Origin: an archaeon
Lineage (GTDB): Archaea; Nanobdellota; Nanobdellia; Pacearchaeales; GW2011-AR1
Reading direction: 5' to 3'
DNA: 59,788 bases
NCBI GenBank assembly: GCA_043821945.1
Contig: JBDRCH010000011.1
Location: 1 to 59,788 of the forward strand
The position numbers and the translations under genes are program-made. The notes under the pieces were generated by a model. That model was not told the DNA's origin. It saw only the letters and a program-made list of their open reading frames with translations, and did no database searches. Below, piece by piece: positions 1-9,751 of this stretch. Position 1 is the first letter of the stretch. Every line of letters begins with the position of its first letter.

Positions 1-1
1 G

Positions 2-661
2 ACTCTTGAAAGATTATATTCTTTTGTAAAAAATCAAAAAGAAGAATGGGAGATTTTAATTGTTAATGATGGATCAAAAGATAAAACTTTAGAAATATTA
101 GAAGGATTCAGACCAAAATTTTTTAAAATTCTTTCTTATAATCCAAATCGAGGAAAAGGATTTGCAATAAAAACAGGAGTAAAAAAAGCATCAGGAGAAT
201 TTATCTGCTTTACAGATTCTGATTTAGCATATTCCTTTGAAAACTTAAAACAAGCTGTTCTTGAATTAGAAAAATATGATTTATGTATTGGATCACGTTC
301 TTTAGCAAATACGCCTGAAAATGCCGGGCTTTTAAGAGAGATTACTGGAAGAGGTTTTAGGATTATTTCTTTTTTAATTTTAGGTTATAATATCAAAGAC
401 AAACAATGTGGGCTAAAAGCATTTCGAAGAGATGTTGCTAAAGATCTTTTTTTCAGACAAAAAATAAATGGATTTTCTTTTGATTCAGAAATACTATATC
501 TTTCAAAAAAAAGAAAATATATTCTAAAAGAAATCCCTGCAGTAACTTCAATAGATCACTCTTATAAAGATTCTAAAATAAATCTTTTGAAAGAACCAAT
601 AAAGATGTTTCTTGATTTATTAAAAATAAGATTAAATGATATTAGAGGAAAATATGAATAA
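2..661 (+). CDS. Family-2 glycosyltransferase (dolichyl-phosphate sugar synthase-like), 5' end outside window
   Basis: Frame 2 is open from the window edge to TAA at 659-661. Translation contains ILIVNDGSKDKT, NRGKGFAIKTG, FTDSDLAY (DxD) and DKQCGLKAF, typical of GT-A/GT2. Absent from the ORF track because it has no start codon. Confidence 0.75.
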   Translation, partial: TLERLYSFVKNQKEEWEILIVNDGSKDKTLEILEGFRPKFFKILSYNPNRGKGFAIKTGVKKASGEFICFTDSDLAYSFENLKQAVLELEKYDLCIGSRSLANTPENAGLLREITGRGFRIISFLILGYNIKDKQCGLKAFRRDVAKDLFFRQKINGFSFDSEILYLSKKRKYILKEIPAVTSIDHSYKDSKINLLKEPIKMFLDLLKIRLNDIRGKYE

Positions 662-1439
662 AAAAATATTGCTCAGTTTTGATTTAGAAGAATTTGATTT
701 GCCTTTAGAATATGGATGGAATATTTCTGAAAATGAACAATTTAAATTGAGTTTGAAGGGCTTTAAAAAAATAAAATTTCTTTTAGATGAATATAAAATT
801 CCATGCACTTTCTTCACTACAGCAAGTTTTGCAAAAAAATATCCAAAACTATTAAAAGAATTATCTAAAGAACACGAGATTGCTTGTCATGGTTTGTCGC
901 ATTCCAATTCAAATATTGGTGATTTATCAAATCTTAAATTAGCTAAAAAAGAGATAGAAAAAATAATAAAAAAACCAGTAAATGGATTTAGGGCCCCAAG
1001 GTGGGATTTAAAATATATTAATCTCTTAAATGAAGCAGGATTTGATTATGATTCTTCTTCACATCCAATATATCTTCCAGGAAGATATTTTAACTTAAAC
1101 AGAGAAAGAGATGTTCATAAAATAGGAAATTTAATTGAAATTCCTCTTTCAACTCTCCCTCCAAATTTTTCTCTTTTTTGGCTGGCATTTAGGAATTTTC
1201 CATTTCAATATGCTAAATTATTCACAATATTTAATTTTACAAAAATAGATTATACAACACTCTTATTTCACCCTTGGGAATTTGTAAATATCTCTAATTT
1301 TAAAATACCTTTTTATGTCAAAAGAAAAACTGGCAACTTTCTTTTAAAAAAATTAGAAAGATATCTTTTATGGTGTAAAAGCAAAAATTATCAATTTTCA
1401 ACCTTCATAAATTATTTAAATAAATTCGGAAAGATTTGA
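654..1439 (+). CDS. Polysaccharide deacetylase (NodB/CE4-like)
   Basis: ORF track 636..1439; likely start is ATG 654 (MNKKILLSFDLEEFD). Motifs FDLEEFD, IACHGLSHS and FRAPRW resemble CE4 metal-dependent deacetylases. Confidence 0.65.
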   Translation: MNKKILLSFDLEEFDLPLEYGWNISENEQFKLSLKGFKKIKFLLDEYKIPCTFFTTASFAKKYPKLLKELSKEHEIACHGLSHSNSNIGDLSNLKLAKKEIEKIIKKPVNGFRAPRWDLKYINLLNEAGFDYDSSSHPIYLPGRYFNLNRERDVHKIGNLIEIPLSTLPPNFSLFWLAFRNFPFQYAKLFTIFNFTKIDYTTLLFHPWEFVNISNFKIPFYVKRKTGNFLLKKLERYLLWCKSKNYQFSTFINYLNKFGKI

Positions 1440-2149
1440 ATATGGATTATAAAGAATATAAATCAGGGGAATCAATCTTTAAACATTTTTGGCATAGGGG
1501 AAGAAGAGACCTTCTTTATACATTAGTCTTAAAACTTAAAAAGAAGAATCTAAGAATATTAAATCTTGGAGCAGGAACAGGAGATGATCTAGAAGTTTTA
1601 AATAATTTTGGAGAAGTTTATGTTATTGATATAGAAAAAAGAGCCCTTGATCTGATTCCAAAAGAATTGTATAAAGAGAAAAAAGTCTGCGATGCATGTG
1701 ACCTTTCTTATAACGACAATTTTTTTGATGCAATAATTTCTTCAGATGTTTTCGAACACATAAAAGACCATAAAAAAGCATTTGAAGAATCTTATAGAGT
1801 ATTAAAAAAAGGAGGTTATTTGATATTTGCAGTGCCTGCTTTTCAATTTCTATACAGTTCACATGATAGGGCTCTTGAACACAAAAGAAGATATTCTAAA
1901 AAAATTTTAAGGAATTTATTAAAGCAGTTTAATGAATTAGAATTAAATTATTGGAATTTCTTCTTATCTCTGCCTCAAGGTATTATAAAATTTAAAAACA
2001 GGAATGCTAAACCCAAGGTTGATTCTCCAAATTTTCCTTTATCAATAAATAATATTTTTTATCAACTATTAAGAATTGAAAACTATCTAATTAAAAAAAA
2101 TTTTAGATTACCTTTTGGTTTAACTATAATTGGAATATATCAAAAATGA
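1436..2149 (+). CDS. Class I SAM-dependent methyltransferase
   Basis: Motif I ILNLGAGTGDD, then DAIISSDVFEHI and LKKGGYLIF. 4-nt overlap with the upstream gene. Confidence 0.75.
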   Translation: MNMDYKEYKSGESIFKHFWHRGRRDLLYTLVLKLKKKNLRILNLGAGTGDDLEVLNNFGEVYVIDIEKRALDLIPKELYKEKKVCDACDLSYNDNFFDAIISSDVFEHIKDHKKAFEESYRVLKKGGYLIFAVPAFQFLYSSHDRALEHKRRYSKKILRNLLKQFNELELNYWNFFLSLPQGIIKFKNRNAKPKVDSPNFPLSINNIFYQLLRIENYLIKKNFRLPFGLTIIGIYQK

Positions 2150-2874
2150 ATAACAAAATAGAATTATCAGTTGTTATTCCTGCATATAATGAAGAGAAGA
2201 GAATTCTTCCAACACTTCAAAATTATTATGAATTATTAAAAAAAGAGTTTGGTAAGAATTTTGAGATAATTGTTGTTCCAAATAATTGTTCAGATAATAC
2301 ATTAGGGATTGTGCAGAATTTTTCTAAGCAGAATACTCAAACAAAAAGTATCAATTTTCAATACTACATCGGAAAAGGAGGTGCAGTAATGAGGGGTTTT
2401 CAAATATCTAAAGGAAATTTTATTGGTTTTACTGACGCTGATAATAGTACTGATCCAGAAAACTTTCTCAAATTATATAAAAATAAAAAAGATTTTGATG
2501 GAGTGATTGCTTCTAGGAGATTAAAGGGAGCAGTCATCTACCCTCCAAGAAAAATTCATCAAGATCTTTCAAGTTATTTTTTTAATAAAGAAGTAAATCT
2601 ACTTTTTAATTTAAAATTTAAAGATACTCAATGTGGAGCAAAATTGTTTAACAAAAAAGCTGCAGAGTTATTAACGAGGAATTACTCAGAAATAGGATGG
2701 ATTTTTGATGTGGATCTTCTTAATATCTGCAAAAAAAATAATTTTAGAATTTTGGAATGTCCAATTCAATGGAGTGACTCAGAAGGTTCCCATCTCTCAA
2801 CTTATAAAGGCTTTCTAGCAGCATTAGAACTTCTGAGATTTAGATTTAGAAATAAGAAACTCAATTCTTTTTGA
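2146..2874 (+). CDS. Family-2 glycosyltransferase (dolichyl-phosphate glycosyltransferase-like)
   Basis: LSVVIPAYNEEKRI, FTDADNS (DxD) and DTQCGAKLF. 4-nt overlap with the methyltransferase gene. Confidence 0.8.
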   Translation: MNNKIELSVVIPAYNEEKRILPTLQNYYELLKKEFGKNFEIIVVPNNCSDNTLGIVQNFSKQNTQTKSINFQYYIGKGGAVMRGFQISKGNFIGFTDADNSTDPENFLKLYKNKKDFDGVIASRRLKGAVIYPPRKIHQDLSSYFFNKEVNLLFNLKFKDTQCGAKLFNKKAAELLTRNYSEIGWIFDVDLLNICKKNNFRILECPIQWSDSEGSHLSTYKGFLAALELLRFRFRNKKLNSF

Positions 2875-3292
2875 AAGCCCAAAATAAAGACCCAAAAAAG
2901 CTGAGTGGAATTGAAACTGCATAACTTGTAAATAAAGCAATATTTTCTTTAATAAATCCTTCCCCCAATAGATTTTTCATGAGTATGGCTACAGTAATTT
3001 CTGTTCCTATCGAAATAGTATAAACAATTATATAACGCAGAATTTGTTTTTTAATTGGATATCCTCTTGCAGAAAAGGTAATATTTCTATTCATGGTAAA
3101 ATTAAAGACTATTGATGAAAGCACTGCTAATATTAAAGATTCAATAAAACCAAAATTCATCCAGAATCTAAAAAAATTAAAAGCAAGAATGTGGATTAAG
3201 GTTGCAGCTCCTCCAACAAAACAGAAACAAATAAATCTTAAATATTTCTTATACTTTAAAAATAAATGGCTTTGTCTGATTTTTTCCAACAT
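2861..3292 (-). CDS. GtrA-family membrane protein
   Basis: 143 aa with four hydrophobic helices. The N-terminal FCFVGGAATLIHILAFNFF resembles the GtrA signature. Sits in a glycosylation context. Confidence 0.6.
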   Translation of the reverse strand: MLEKIRQSHLFLKYKKYLRFICFCFVGGAATLIHILAFNFFRFWMNFGFIESLILAVLSSIVFNFTMNRNITFSARGYPIKKQILRYIIVYTISIGTEITVAILMKNLLGEGFIKENIALFTSYAVSIPLSFFGSLFWAFKKN

Positions 3293-3293
3293 C

Positions 3294-4289
3294 TTAAAAT
3301 ATTGTTCCTCTAAATAATATTAAGCCCAAGAGGATTATAAAAATCTGAAATAGATTTATAATCCAAACAACTTCCTTTTCAGAGACTCTTTTATTCTTTT
3401 TTGCTTTCTTTAAGATATAGACTGCTACATGACCTAAGCTATAAAATTTTTCATAAGGAACACCTAAACTACCATTTTGTTCTAATTTCAAAAAACTTTC
3501 TTTTTTCAAATTTCCTCTTAATTTTAAGCCTGTTTCAATAATATACGGAATAAAAAAGAAAATAGCAATTTTTTCGATGTTTCCTAAGATTGCAATTATA
3601 GCAATTAATACTCCTACCGAATATGTGAGAGTGTCTCCTGGAAAGATTTTTGCAGGATATTTATTAAATATAAAAAATGCAAGTAAACAAGAAACCATTA
3701 TTAATGCAATAAATCCCAACCAATTGCTACCAGTATACCAGCTTACTAAAGATAAACCTGATAAAATTAAAATTCCTTGACTTGTTTCAAGCCCATTATA
3801 TCCTGCAAGAAAATTAAAGCCAGCAGTTGCACCTATAATCCCAATTGGAATTAAAAAAAGTGGATAAAATAATCCAAAATCAATTCCTCCCATAATTGAT
3901 TCCCCTGCGTTAATTACTACTAAAGGAATTGCTGCAAAAACCAGAAAGATAATTCTTGTTTTTCTGTTTAATCCAATTTTCCATCCTAAAAGATCATCAA
4001 TTAATCCAATAAATGATGCAATCAAAACAGAGCTTAATAATGCAAACATTTCAATGAATCTGTTCATGTCATTAAAATAAAATGTTTTTATTGCAATATA
4101 ACTTAAAACACTTAACACAAATCCCGAAAGAACGCAAACTCCTCCAGCTTCTGCCTCTTTATTTTTTTCTAGCTTGTGAACATCTGTTCCAACAAGACCA
4201 ACCTTTTTCGCTCGTTTTACCCAAATTGGAGTAAAAAACAAAGTTACTAAAAAACCAAGAATTAATGAAGCAATTAATATTAATTCCAT
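3294..4289 (-). CDS. UDP-HexNAc:dolichyl-phosphate HexNAc-1-phosphate transferase (MraY/WecA/AglH family)
   Basis: Polytopic membrane protein with GLIDDLLGWK, NFLAGYNGLE and FPGDTLTY motifs. Lies immediately downstream of aglB. Confidence 0.8.
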   Translation of the reverse strand: MELILIASLILGFLVTLFFTPIWVKRAKKVGLVGTDVHKLEKNKEAEAGGVCVLSGFVLSVLSYIAIKTFYFNDMNRFIEMFALLSSVLIASFIGLIDDLLGWKIGLNRKTRIIFLVFAAIPLVVINAGESIMGGIDFGLFYPLFLIPIGIIGATAGFNFLAGYNGLETSQGILILSGLSLVSWYTGSNWLGFIALIMVSCLLAFFIFNKYPAKIFPGDTLTYSVGVLIAIIAILGNIEKIAIFFFIPYIIETGLKLRGNLKKESFLKLEQNGSLGVPYEKFYSLGHVAVYILKKAKKNKRVSEKEVVWIINLFQIFIILLGLILFRGTIF

Positions 4290-7105
4290 TAATTATATTC
4301 CCCTTCTTTAATTTTTGAAATTTCATCAGGAATCGATGTTTCTAAATATTCTGGATTTACTTTGATATCTGAATGGTATTGAATCTCCCATATTTTAATC
4401 GGTCCCTGAAATCCCTGGTAATATACAAATTCTCCAATATCAACACCTTGCGCCTTTAAATTTTTAATAAATAAATTATCCTCGCTGTGGGCTAATTTAA
4501 AATAATCTGATTTTTGATCAAATAAATATAATCTTGCTAATTGCGAATGTATTGTTCTTGAACTTAGATAAAACATTGCTCCTATTTTATTTACATTTGC
4601 TCCCCCTGATTGAATATCTATTCTAGGAAAGATAAATGCCCCTGCTTCAATCCCTTCTTGAAAATCAATCAAATTTCCATTAATATATAAATATCTTAAG
4701 GGAATTATATATTGATTTCCTTTGTAAAAATAAATTCCTTCAGCTTTTTGAACAATTTCTTCTGAATTTATCCTCACAATAACTGCTCCAAGTCCTGCGC
4801 CTTTTCTTGGCAAAAATATTTCTTTGTCATCTTGTATCCAGATTATATCTTCATCAACTGTGCTTCCTCCAGGGTAAACATAGATTGTTTCATTTTTTGT
4901 TTCTTGTGTTTGTTTTTCATCCATCAAAATAGTAGGGATCCATGAAAATCGGTCATAATTTTCATCTGAGCCAATACTTGAATAAGCAGTGTATTTTCCT
5001 ATTTCAGTTGAATCAATCAAAAGATGTGTTCCATTATGAGCATAAAGGAATTCTAATGCTTCTGATTCATTTGGCCCTGTTAAAACATATCTTCCCATCA
5101 AATGATTCCAATAACCAATACTATTTCCCCCATCAAGAATCGTGGCTCTTTTGCCTATTGATTGAAGCCAATAACCATAATCCCACCAATGTGCAAAAAC
5201 AGCATTTTCAGAAGTATTTTCTCTTACCCAAGCCATTGCATTTTGCCATTGCCATTGGTAACTTCCTGGAGCAAAATTATCTGCAGTTAATTTAATTTCT
5301 TGGTAATATCCTCCCCAACTCCAAAAGTTGGTTCCCTTAAACATTAAAAGAGGATTCCCAATGATAATGAATATGGAAGCAGTTAAGATCATTATCGCAA
5401 GAACCCCCATGAAAAATTTAAGAGAATCATCTTTTTCTTTAAAATATCTTTTAGAACTTTTAACAATTAAAAAGGCAATTGCAACAGGACTTATAGCTCC
5501 CAAAACCATAATTAATCTTATTCCACCTCTTGCACCAATAATTCCTAAGGTCAATATTATAAAATATAATATATAGGATATATTAAATTTTTTAAATATC
5601 TGAAAACCTCCTTCTTGATATTTTTTATAATAAACATATACCAAAGATCCTAAAAATAATATAACTCCTCCAAAGTAAGTCAATAAACTTAATCCGCTTG
5701 TTCCATTTAAGATGCTCTCTTGAGAATATCTACTAAATATCAAGCAAATTAAGAATATAAAGTAACTTCCTATAAGTATCAATTTTTCTTTTTTTGTTAA
5801 TCTATTTATTAAATTAGCAAATAATGTAATTGAACCTATAAAAAACAGCCAGAAAAATAAAGGGACATTAAACATTATGGGTCCAAAATTACTTTTCCAT
5901 TCACTTGCAAAATAAGGTTGTCTATTTTCTGCAACTGTTAAACCAAATCTTGATGTAGCAGGTGAGATCAAAGAGGATTTAACATGAGAGATTTGATTTA
6001 ATATAAAATTAGGTCCTAAAAAAATCAAAGCAATTAAAAATAAGAGACTTAGAACAAAAAGAACAGAGAATAATTCTTCAGAAATTTTTGTTTTTCTTTT
6101 TATTCCTTTTAATTTAGGGTTGTCTATTATTATAAATAAACTCATGGCAATAATAATGAAAACACTAATTGCAGATAGTGTCGAAGTAGAACTAATAAGA
6201 TTCATTAAAGAATATCTTGTAGAAAAAGGTATCATTGTCAAAAAAGACGAGATCATCCATAGGGAATAAATATAAAATTCATCTTTTTTGATCTTTCCAA
6301 GCAAAAATGCAAACAAAACAGTTAGGGGAATAGCAAAAAAAACAAAAATAACCCCTCCCCAGATTAATGCAAGAATGCCTGTAGTAAGTCCAGACAAAAT
6401 TCCAAAGATAAGACCTTTCTTTAAATTTTTAGAAGTAAATGCTTCTAAGAAAAGATAAAATGACATAAACATAAAAAAGAAAGCAGCAGATTCTTTTTCA
6501 GGAATTCCTGCTATTGTTCTCGATAATAATGAAGGAATAACAATGAAAAAAGCAGTCGCAATTAATCCGATTATATTTCTTGTATTTTTATCTTCTTTAT
6601 AGAAGATTTTCCTAGCAAACAGAAAAAAAGCTATTGTTGTTAATGCAAACATCACAACAGGGAATATAATTGCTGTATAAGTAACAGTCACTTCTTTTGA
6701 AAAAAATGAGAGAAAATGATAAAACCATGCAATCATATAGGAAAGCAATTTCATTTCTCCAGCAGTATTATATCCTATTGGGACATATCTCATCATATCC
6801 CACACCATCAATTTTCCATTCTGAACAATATCCTCAGCCCATCTTAGGAATAGAAAAGGGTCTAAATCAGGTCCTAATGTCCATGTTCCGGTAACAATAT
6901 CTTTTAATTTTGAAATGTTTCTTGTTCTAATATAAACACTTATAAAAACAAGAAATGAAAGAATCAGGTAATAAATCCAATCTTTTTTCTGTTTTAGAAA
7001 ATTGATGGTTTTATTTTTTCTATCAGAGAGGACATCATCTACAGAACTATTTAGATTTCCTAAGATGTTTGGGGTTATATTACTTTCCATTTTATTCTTG
7101 TTCAT
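4289..7105 (-). CDS. aglB: Archaeal oligosaccharyltransferase AglB (STT3 family)
   Basis: 938 aa with a multi-TM N-terminal half and the WWDYGYW catalytic motif (AHWWDYGYWLQSIG), followed by a soluble C-terminal domain. Confidence 0.9.
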   Translation of the reverse strand: MNKNKMESNITPNILGNLNSSVDDVLSDRKNKTINFLKQKKDWIYYLILSFLVFISVYIRTRNISKLKDIVTGTWTLGPDLDPFLFLRWAEDIVQNGKLMVWDMMRYVPIGYNTAGEMKLLSYMIAWFYHFLSFFSKEVTVTYTAIIFPVVMFALTTIAFFLFARKIFYKEDKNTRNIIGLIATAFFIVIPSLLSRTIAGIPEKESAAFFFMFMSFYLFLEAFTSKNLKKGLIFGILSGLTTGILALIWGGVIFVFFAIPLTVLFAFLLGKIKKDEFYIYSLWMISSFLTMIPFSTRYSLMNLISSTSTLSAISVFIIIAMSLFIIIDNPKLKGIKRKTKISEELFSVLFVLSLLFLIALIFLGPNFILNQISHVKSSLISPATSRFGLTVAENRQPYFASEWKSNFGPIMFNVPLFFWLFFIGSITLFANLINRLTKKEKLILIGSYFIFLICLIFSRYSQESILNGTSGLSLLTYFGGVILFLGSLVYVYYKKYQEGGFQIFKKFNISYILYFIILTLGIIGARGGIRLIMVLGAISPVAIAFLIVKSSKRYFKEKDDSLKFFMGVLAIMILTASIFIIIGNPLLMFKGTNFWSWGGYYQEIKLTADNFAPGSYQWQWQNAMAWVRENTSENAVFAHWWDYGYWLQSIGKRATILDGGNSIGYWNHLMGRYVLTGPNESEALEFLYAHNGTHLLIDSTEIGKYTAYSSIGSDENYDRFSWIPTILMDEKQTQETKNETIYVYPGGSTVDEDIIWIQDDKEIFLPRKGAGLGAVIVRINSEEIVQKAEGIYFYKGNQYIIPLRYLYINGNLIDFQEGIEAGAFIFPRIDIQSGGANVNKIGAMFYLSSRTIHSQLARLYLFDQKSDYFKLAHSEDNLFIKNLKAQGVDIGEFVYYQGFQGPIKIWEIQYHSDIKVNPEYLETSIPDEISKIKEGEYN

Positions 7106-7232
7106 CTACCAAATCTTGAGCACTAGGTTCTTTGATAATGTCATTTTTTTCACAATAAGGGCATTTTTTTAAAACTTGATTTGATTCTGATTTAAACCTA
7201 TAACCACAATAATTACACAAAAATTTTTCCAT
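7092..7232 (-). CDS. Small zinc-ribbon protein (46 aa)
   Basis: Hand translation gives MEKFLCNYCGYRFKSESNQVLKKCPYCEKNDIIKEPSAQDLVDEQE, with a CxxC...CxxC arrangement. The stop overlaps the aglB start by 14 nt. Below the ORF-track size cut-off. Confidence 0.55.
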   Translation of the reverse strand: MEKFLCNYCGYRFKSESNQVLKKCPYCEKNDIIKEPSAQDLVDEQE

Positions 7233-7270
7233 ACATCTTGTAAAAAATATTTGTATTTAAATATTTGTCT

Positions 7271-8131
7271 TTAATTAAAGAAGATTGGAGTGAGATAAAC
7301 CTCCATAGCAGCAGCAAGAATTAAGATTATTATTGCTAAAAATAGTAATATAACCACATTTTCAACTACTCTCAAGAATTTTTTGTCTCTGAAACCATTT
7401 CTTATGACTCCTATACCAAAGATTCCTCCTGCTAATGCTGTGATAAAATAAGCTGTAATTTCTGGAAAACCATGAATCATATAACGAAAAAGACCAAATG
7501 GAATTTCTTTTATTTGATATTGGGTAAAAATTCCTATTGCAGCAGCAATCACACTTGCATTCCATATTAAGACAAATATTGCTCCTGCACCAAAAATAAG
7601 TGAGAATACCAGCGTGAAAATCATAACATAAACATTATTTTCTAGAATAGATAAAAATCTTACTTCTCTTGTTGCTGCACCAGTAGAAGTCAATTTTTGG
7701 GTAAAATCGTATTTCGCAACGCAATCTTCAATATTTCCTGGGTTGTTTATCATACAATAAGTTTTTAATTGAAAATTAAATAAATTAGAATTTTGCAAAA
7801 GGATATACCAAAAGGAGAATGCTATAATAAATCCTAAAAAAAGCCACATAAATCCATAAATTGCATCTTTATGAACTTTCCAGACACTGAAAAATCCCTC
7901 GACTTGTTCATCTTGTTCTGTTTCTTGTTTCATCATAAAATAAATATAAGGCAATGAGAACATGACACAAAATAAAACTACTAACATCCCAGATGCATTT
8001 GATAAAACAGGATCTTTTCCAAAAAACCAATGCACAAGCAAAAGTGAAAGCGAAGCATAAATAATTCCTACAAAAAACATTTTCCAAGGACCAGCTTCAG
8101 CACTTTTTGGGTTAATAATTGATTCTAACAT
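7271..8131 (-). CDS. SpoIIM-like (DUF95) integral membrane protein
   Basis: 286 aa, multi-TM. The C-terminal MIHGFPEITAYFITALAGGIFG is typical of the stage II sporulation protein M family. Confidence 0.6.
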   Translation of the reverse strand: MLESIINPKSAEAGPWKMFFVGIIYASLSLLLVHWFFGKDPVLSNASGMLVVLFCVMFSLPYIYFMMKQETEQDEQVEGFFSVWKVHKDAIYGFMWLFLGFIIAFSFWYILLQNSNLFNFQLKTYCMINNPGNIEDCVAKYDFTQKLTSTGAATREVRFLSILENNVYVMIFTLVFSLIFGAGAIFVLIWNASVIAAAIGIFTQYQIKEIPFGLFRYMIHGFPEITAYFITALAGGIFGIGVIRNGFRDKKFLRVVENVVILLFLAIIILILAAAMEVYLTPIFFN

Positions 8132-8182
8132 ATTTCTCTAAATTCAATACTACTTTTAAATATTTGTGAAAATTTACCAACA

Positions 8183-8190
8183 TTTTTATA
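8183..8190 (+). promoter_or_regulatory. Candidate TATA box for the eIF-2B-like gene (near-leaderless)
   Basis: TTTTTATA lies about 22 nt upstream of ATG 8212. AT-rich background makes this weak. Confidence 0.3.
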
Positions 8191-8211
8191 CTTTTGTTCT
8201 TATTTTATTTT

Positions 8212-9036
8212 ATGAAAAAAAAGAGGTTCACTAAAATAATAAAAGATATAAGAGAAATTAAAATTCAAGGAGCAACAAATATTGCTAAAAAAGCTCTTTA
8301 TGCGTATTCGTTAATTCCCATAGAAAAGTCAAAACAGATTTTGCTCAACACAAGACCTACAGAACCTATGATGGAAAAAGTGTTAAATTTAGTCGATAAA
8401 ATACCTAATGAAGAAATTTTAAAACATTTTAGTGAAACACAAAGTAAAATCAACAAAAGTGTTTTTAGATTAATCAAAAATAAAAATGTGATTTTTACTC
8501 ACTGTCATTCAACTAATGTTCTTAATGCTTTGATTTATGCAAAGAAAAGAGGAAAACATTTTGAAGTTTATAACACTGAAACGCGTCCGCTTTACCAAGG
8601 AAAAAAAACAGCAAGAGAATTAAAAAAATCAAATGTTAAAGTTACAATGTTTGTTGATTCTGCTATTGGGGTTGCATTGTCAAAAGAGCAAGGCACAAAA
8701 AAAGTGAACAAAGTCTTCCTTGGAGCTGATGCCCTTACAAAAAAAGGTGTGGTCAATAAGATTGGAAGTGAAGTAATTGCAAGAATTGCAAAACAAGAAA
8801 AAATTCCAGTTTACATTATTGCAGATTCTTGGAAATACACAAGAAAAAAAATTCCATTAGAGCAAAGAAAACTAAATGAAGTTTGGGACAAAGCTCCAAA
8901 GAATATTAAAATTAAAAACCCTTCATTTGAATTTATAAAAAAGAAATACCTTACAGGAATTGTTACAGAGATGGGACTTATGAAATATGGGGAATTTGTT
9001 AAAAAGGTTAGATATAATCTCCCAAAAAACTTATAA
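8212..9036 (+). CDS. eIF-2B alpha/beta/delta-family protein, probable ribose-1,5-bisphosphate isomerase
   Basis: ORF track starts at TTG 8194; ATG 8212 (MKKKRFTK) is more likely. Motifs ETRPLYQGKKTA, FLGADAL and VNKIGSEVIA. Confidence 0.65.
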   Translation: MKKKRFTKIIKDIREIKIQGATNIAKKALYAYSLIPIEKSKQILLNTRPTEPMMEKVLNLVDKIPNEEILKHFSETQSKINKSVFRLIKNKNVIFTHCHSTNVLNALIYAKKRGKHFEVYNTETRPLYQGKKTARELKKSNVKVTMFVDSAIGVALSKEQGTKKVNKVFLGADALTKKGVVNKIGSEVIARIAKQEKIPVYIIADSWKYTRKKIPLEQRKLNEVWDKAPKNIKIKNPSFEFIKKKYLTGIVTEMGLMKYGEFVKKVRYNLPKNL

Positions 9037-9065
9037 ACTTCACATTATTATTTATATCATAAAAG

Positions 9066-9290
9066 ATGGTGTTAAAATTAGAAGCTATTATTTATTGTTT
9101 ATTTTTCTTAGATAGTCTTGGAGCAGTTTTAATTGCATTCTTTTCGCCCGGATTTGTTAAATACTATAACAAAAGATACAAAAAATTATCTAAACACCTT
9201 CCATTAACAAAAGGCTGGGCTTTAGTATACTTAACATTAGTCCTTTGGATCGGATGCGCTTTGAATAGAATGGGTTTATTGTTTTATTAA
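9066..9290 (+). CDS. Small membrane protein, unknown function
   Basis: 74-aa ORF with two hydrophobic helices. No recognisable motif. Confidence 0.4.
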   Translation: MVLKLEAIIYCLFFLDSLGAVLIAFFSPGFVKYYNKRYKKLSKHLPLTKGWALVYLTLVLWIGCALNRMGLLFY

Positions 9291-9291
9291 A

Positions 9292-9717
9292 TTATTCTTC
9301 ATGTTCACATTCAGGTCTATGGATATGTTCTTGAGATTGGGCTTCTAAAATCAATTTCATAAATTCTTCATTTAGATAATTTATTGATTTTTCTAATTCT
9401 TTTTTCACATCCTCTAATCTTTTAATCTGTTGATTAATAATTTTTTTTGTTTCTGGAATGCTTTTATTAACAAAGTTCTTTCCTCCAACATCAACAATCA
9501 ATTTTTCTGAGAGTAATTTAGTCTTTGCAAAGATTCCTCTTCCAATTGGAGCAAAAATTTCTTTACCCTCTGAACCGATTAACTCATCAAGCCCAATATT
9601 CAGAGAAGTCATATCAATTATTCCTTGCTCAATTGCCTGAAGTTGCTGCTGACTCTGTTGCATTTGTTGTTCAAACATACTCAACCTAAACATTAATTCT
9701 TGTTGATCTTTTTCCAT
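9292..9717 (-). CDS. pfdA: Prefoldin alpha subunit
   Basis: 141 aa with Q/E-rich coiled coils flanking a central beta-hairpin region (FAPIGRGIFAKTKL...VDVG), the prefoldin-alpha layout. Confidence 0.75.
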   Translation of the reverse strand: MEKDQQELMFRLSMFEQQMQQSQQQLQAIEQGIIDMTSLNIGLDELIGSEGKEIFAPIGRGIFAKTKLLSEKLIVDVGGKNFVNKSIPETKKIINQQIKRLEDVKKELEKSINYLNEEFMKLILEAQSQEHIHRPECEHEE

Positions 9718-9751
9718 ATCTAATTCAGAAACATACTCCTTTTAAGATTTT

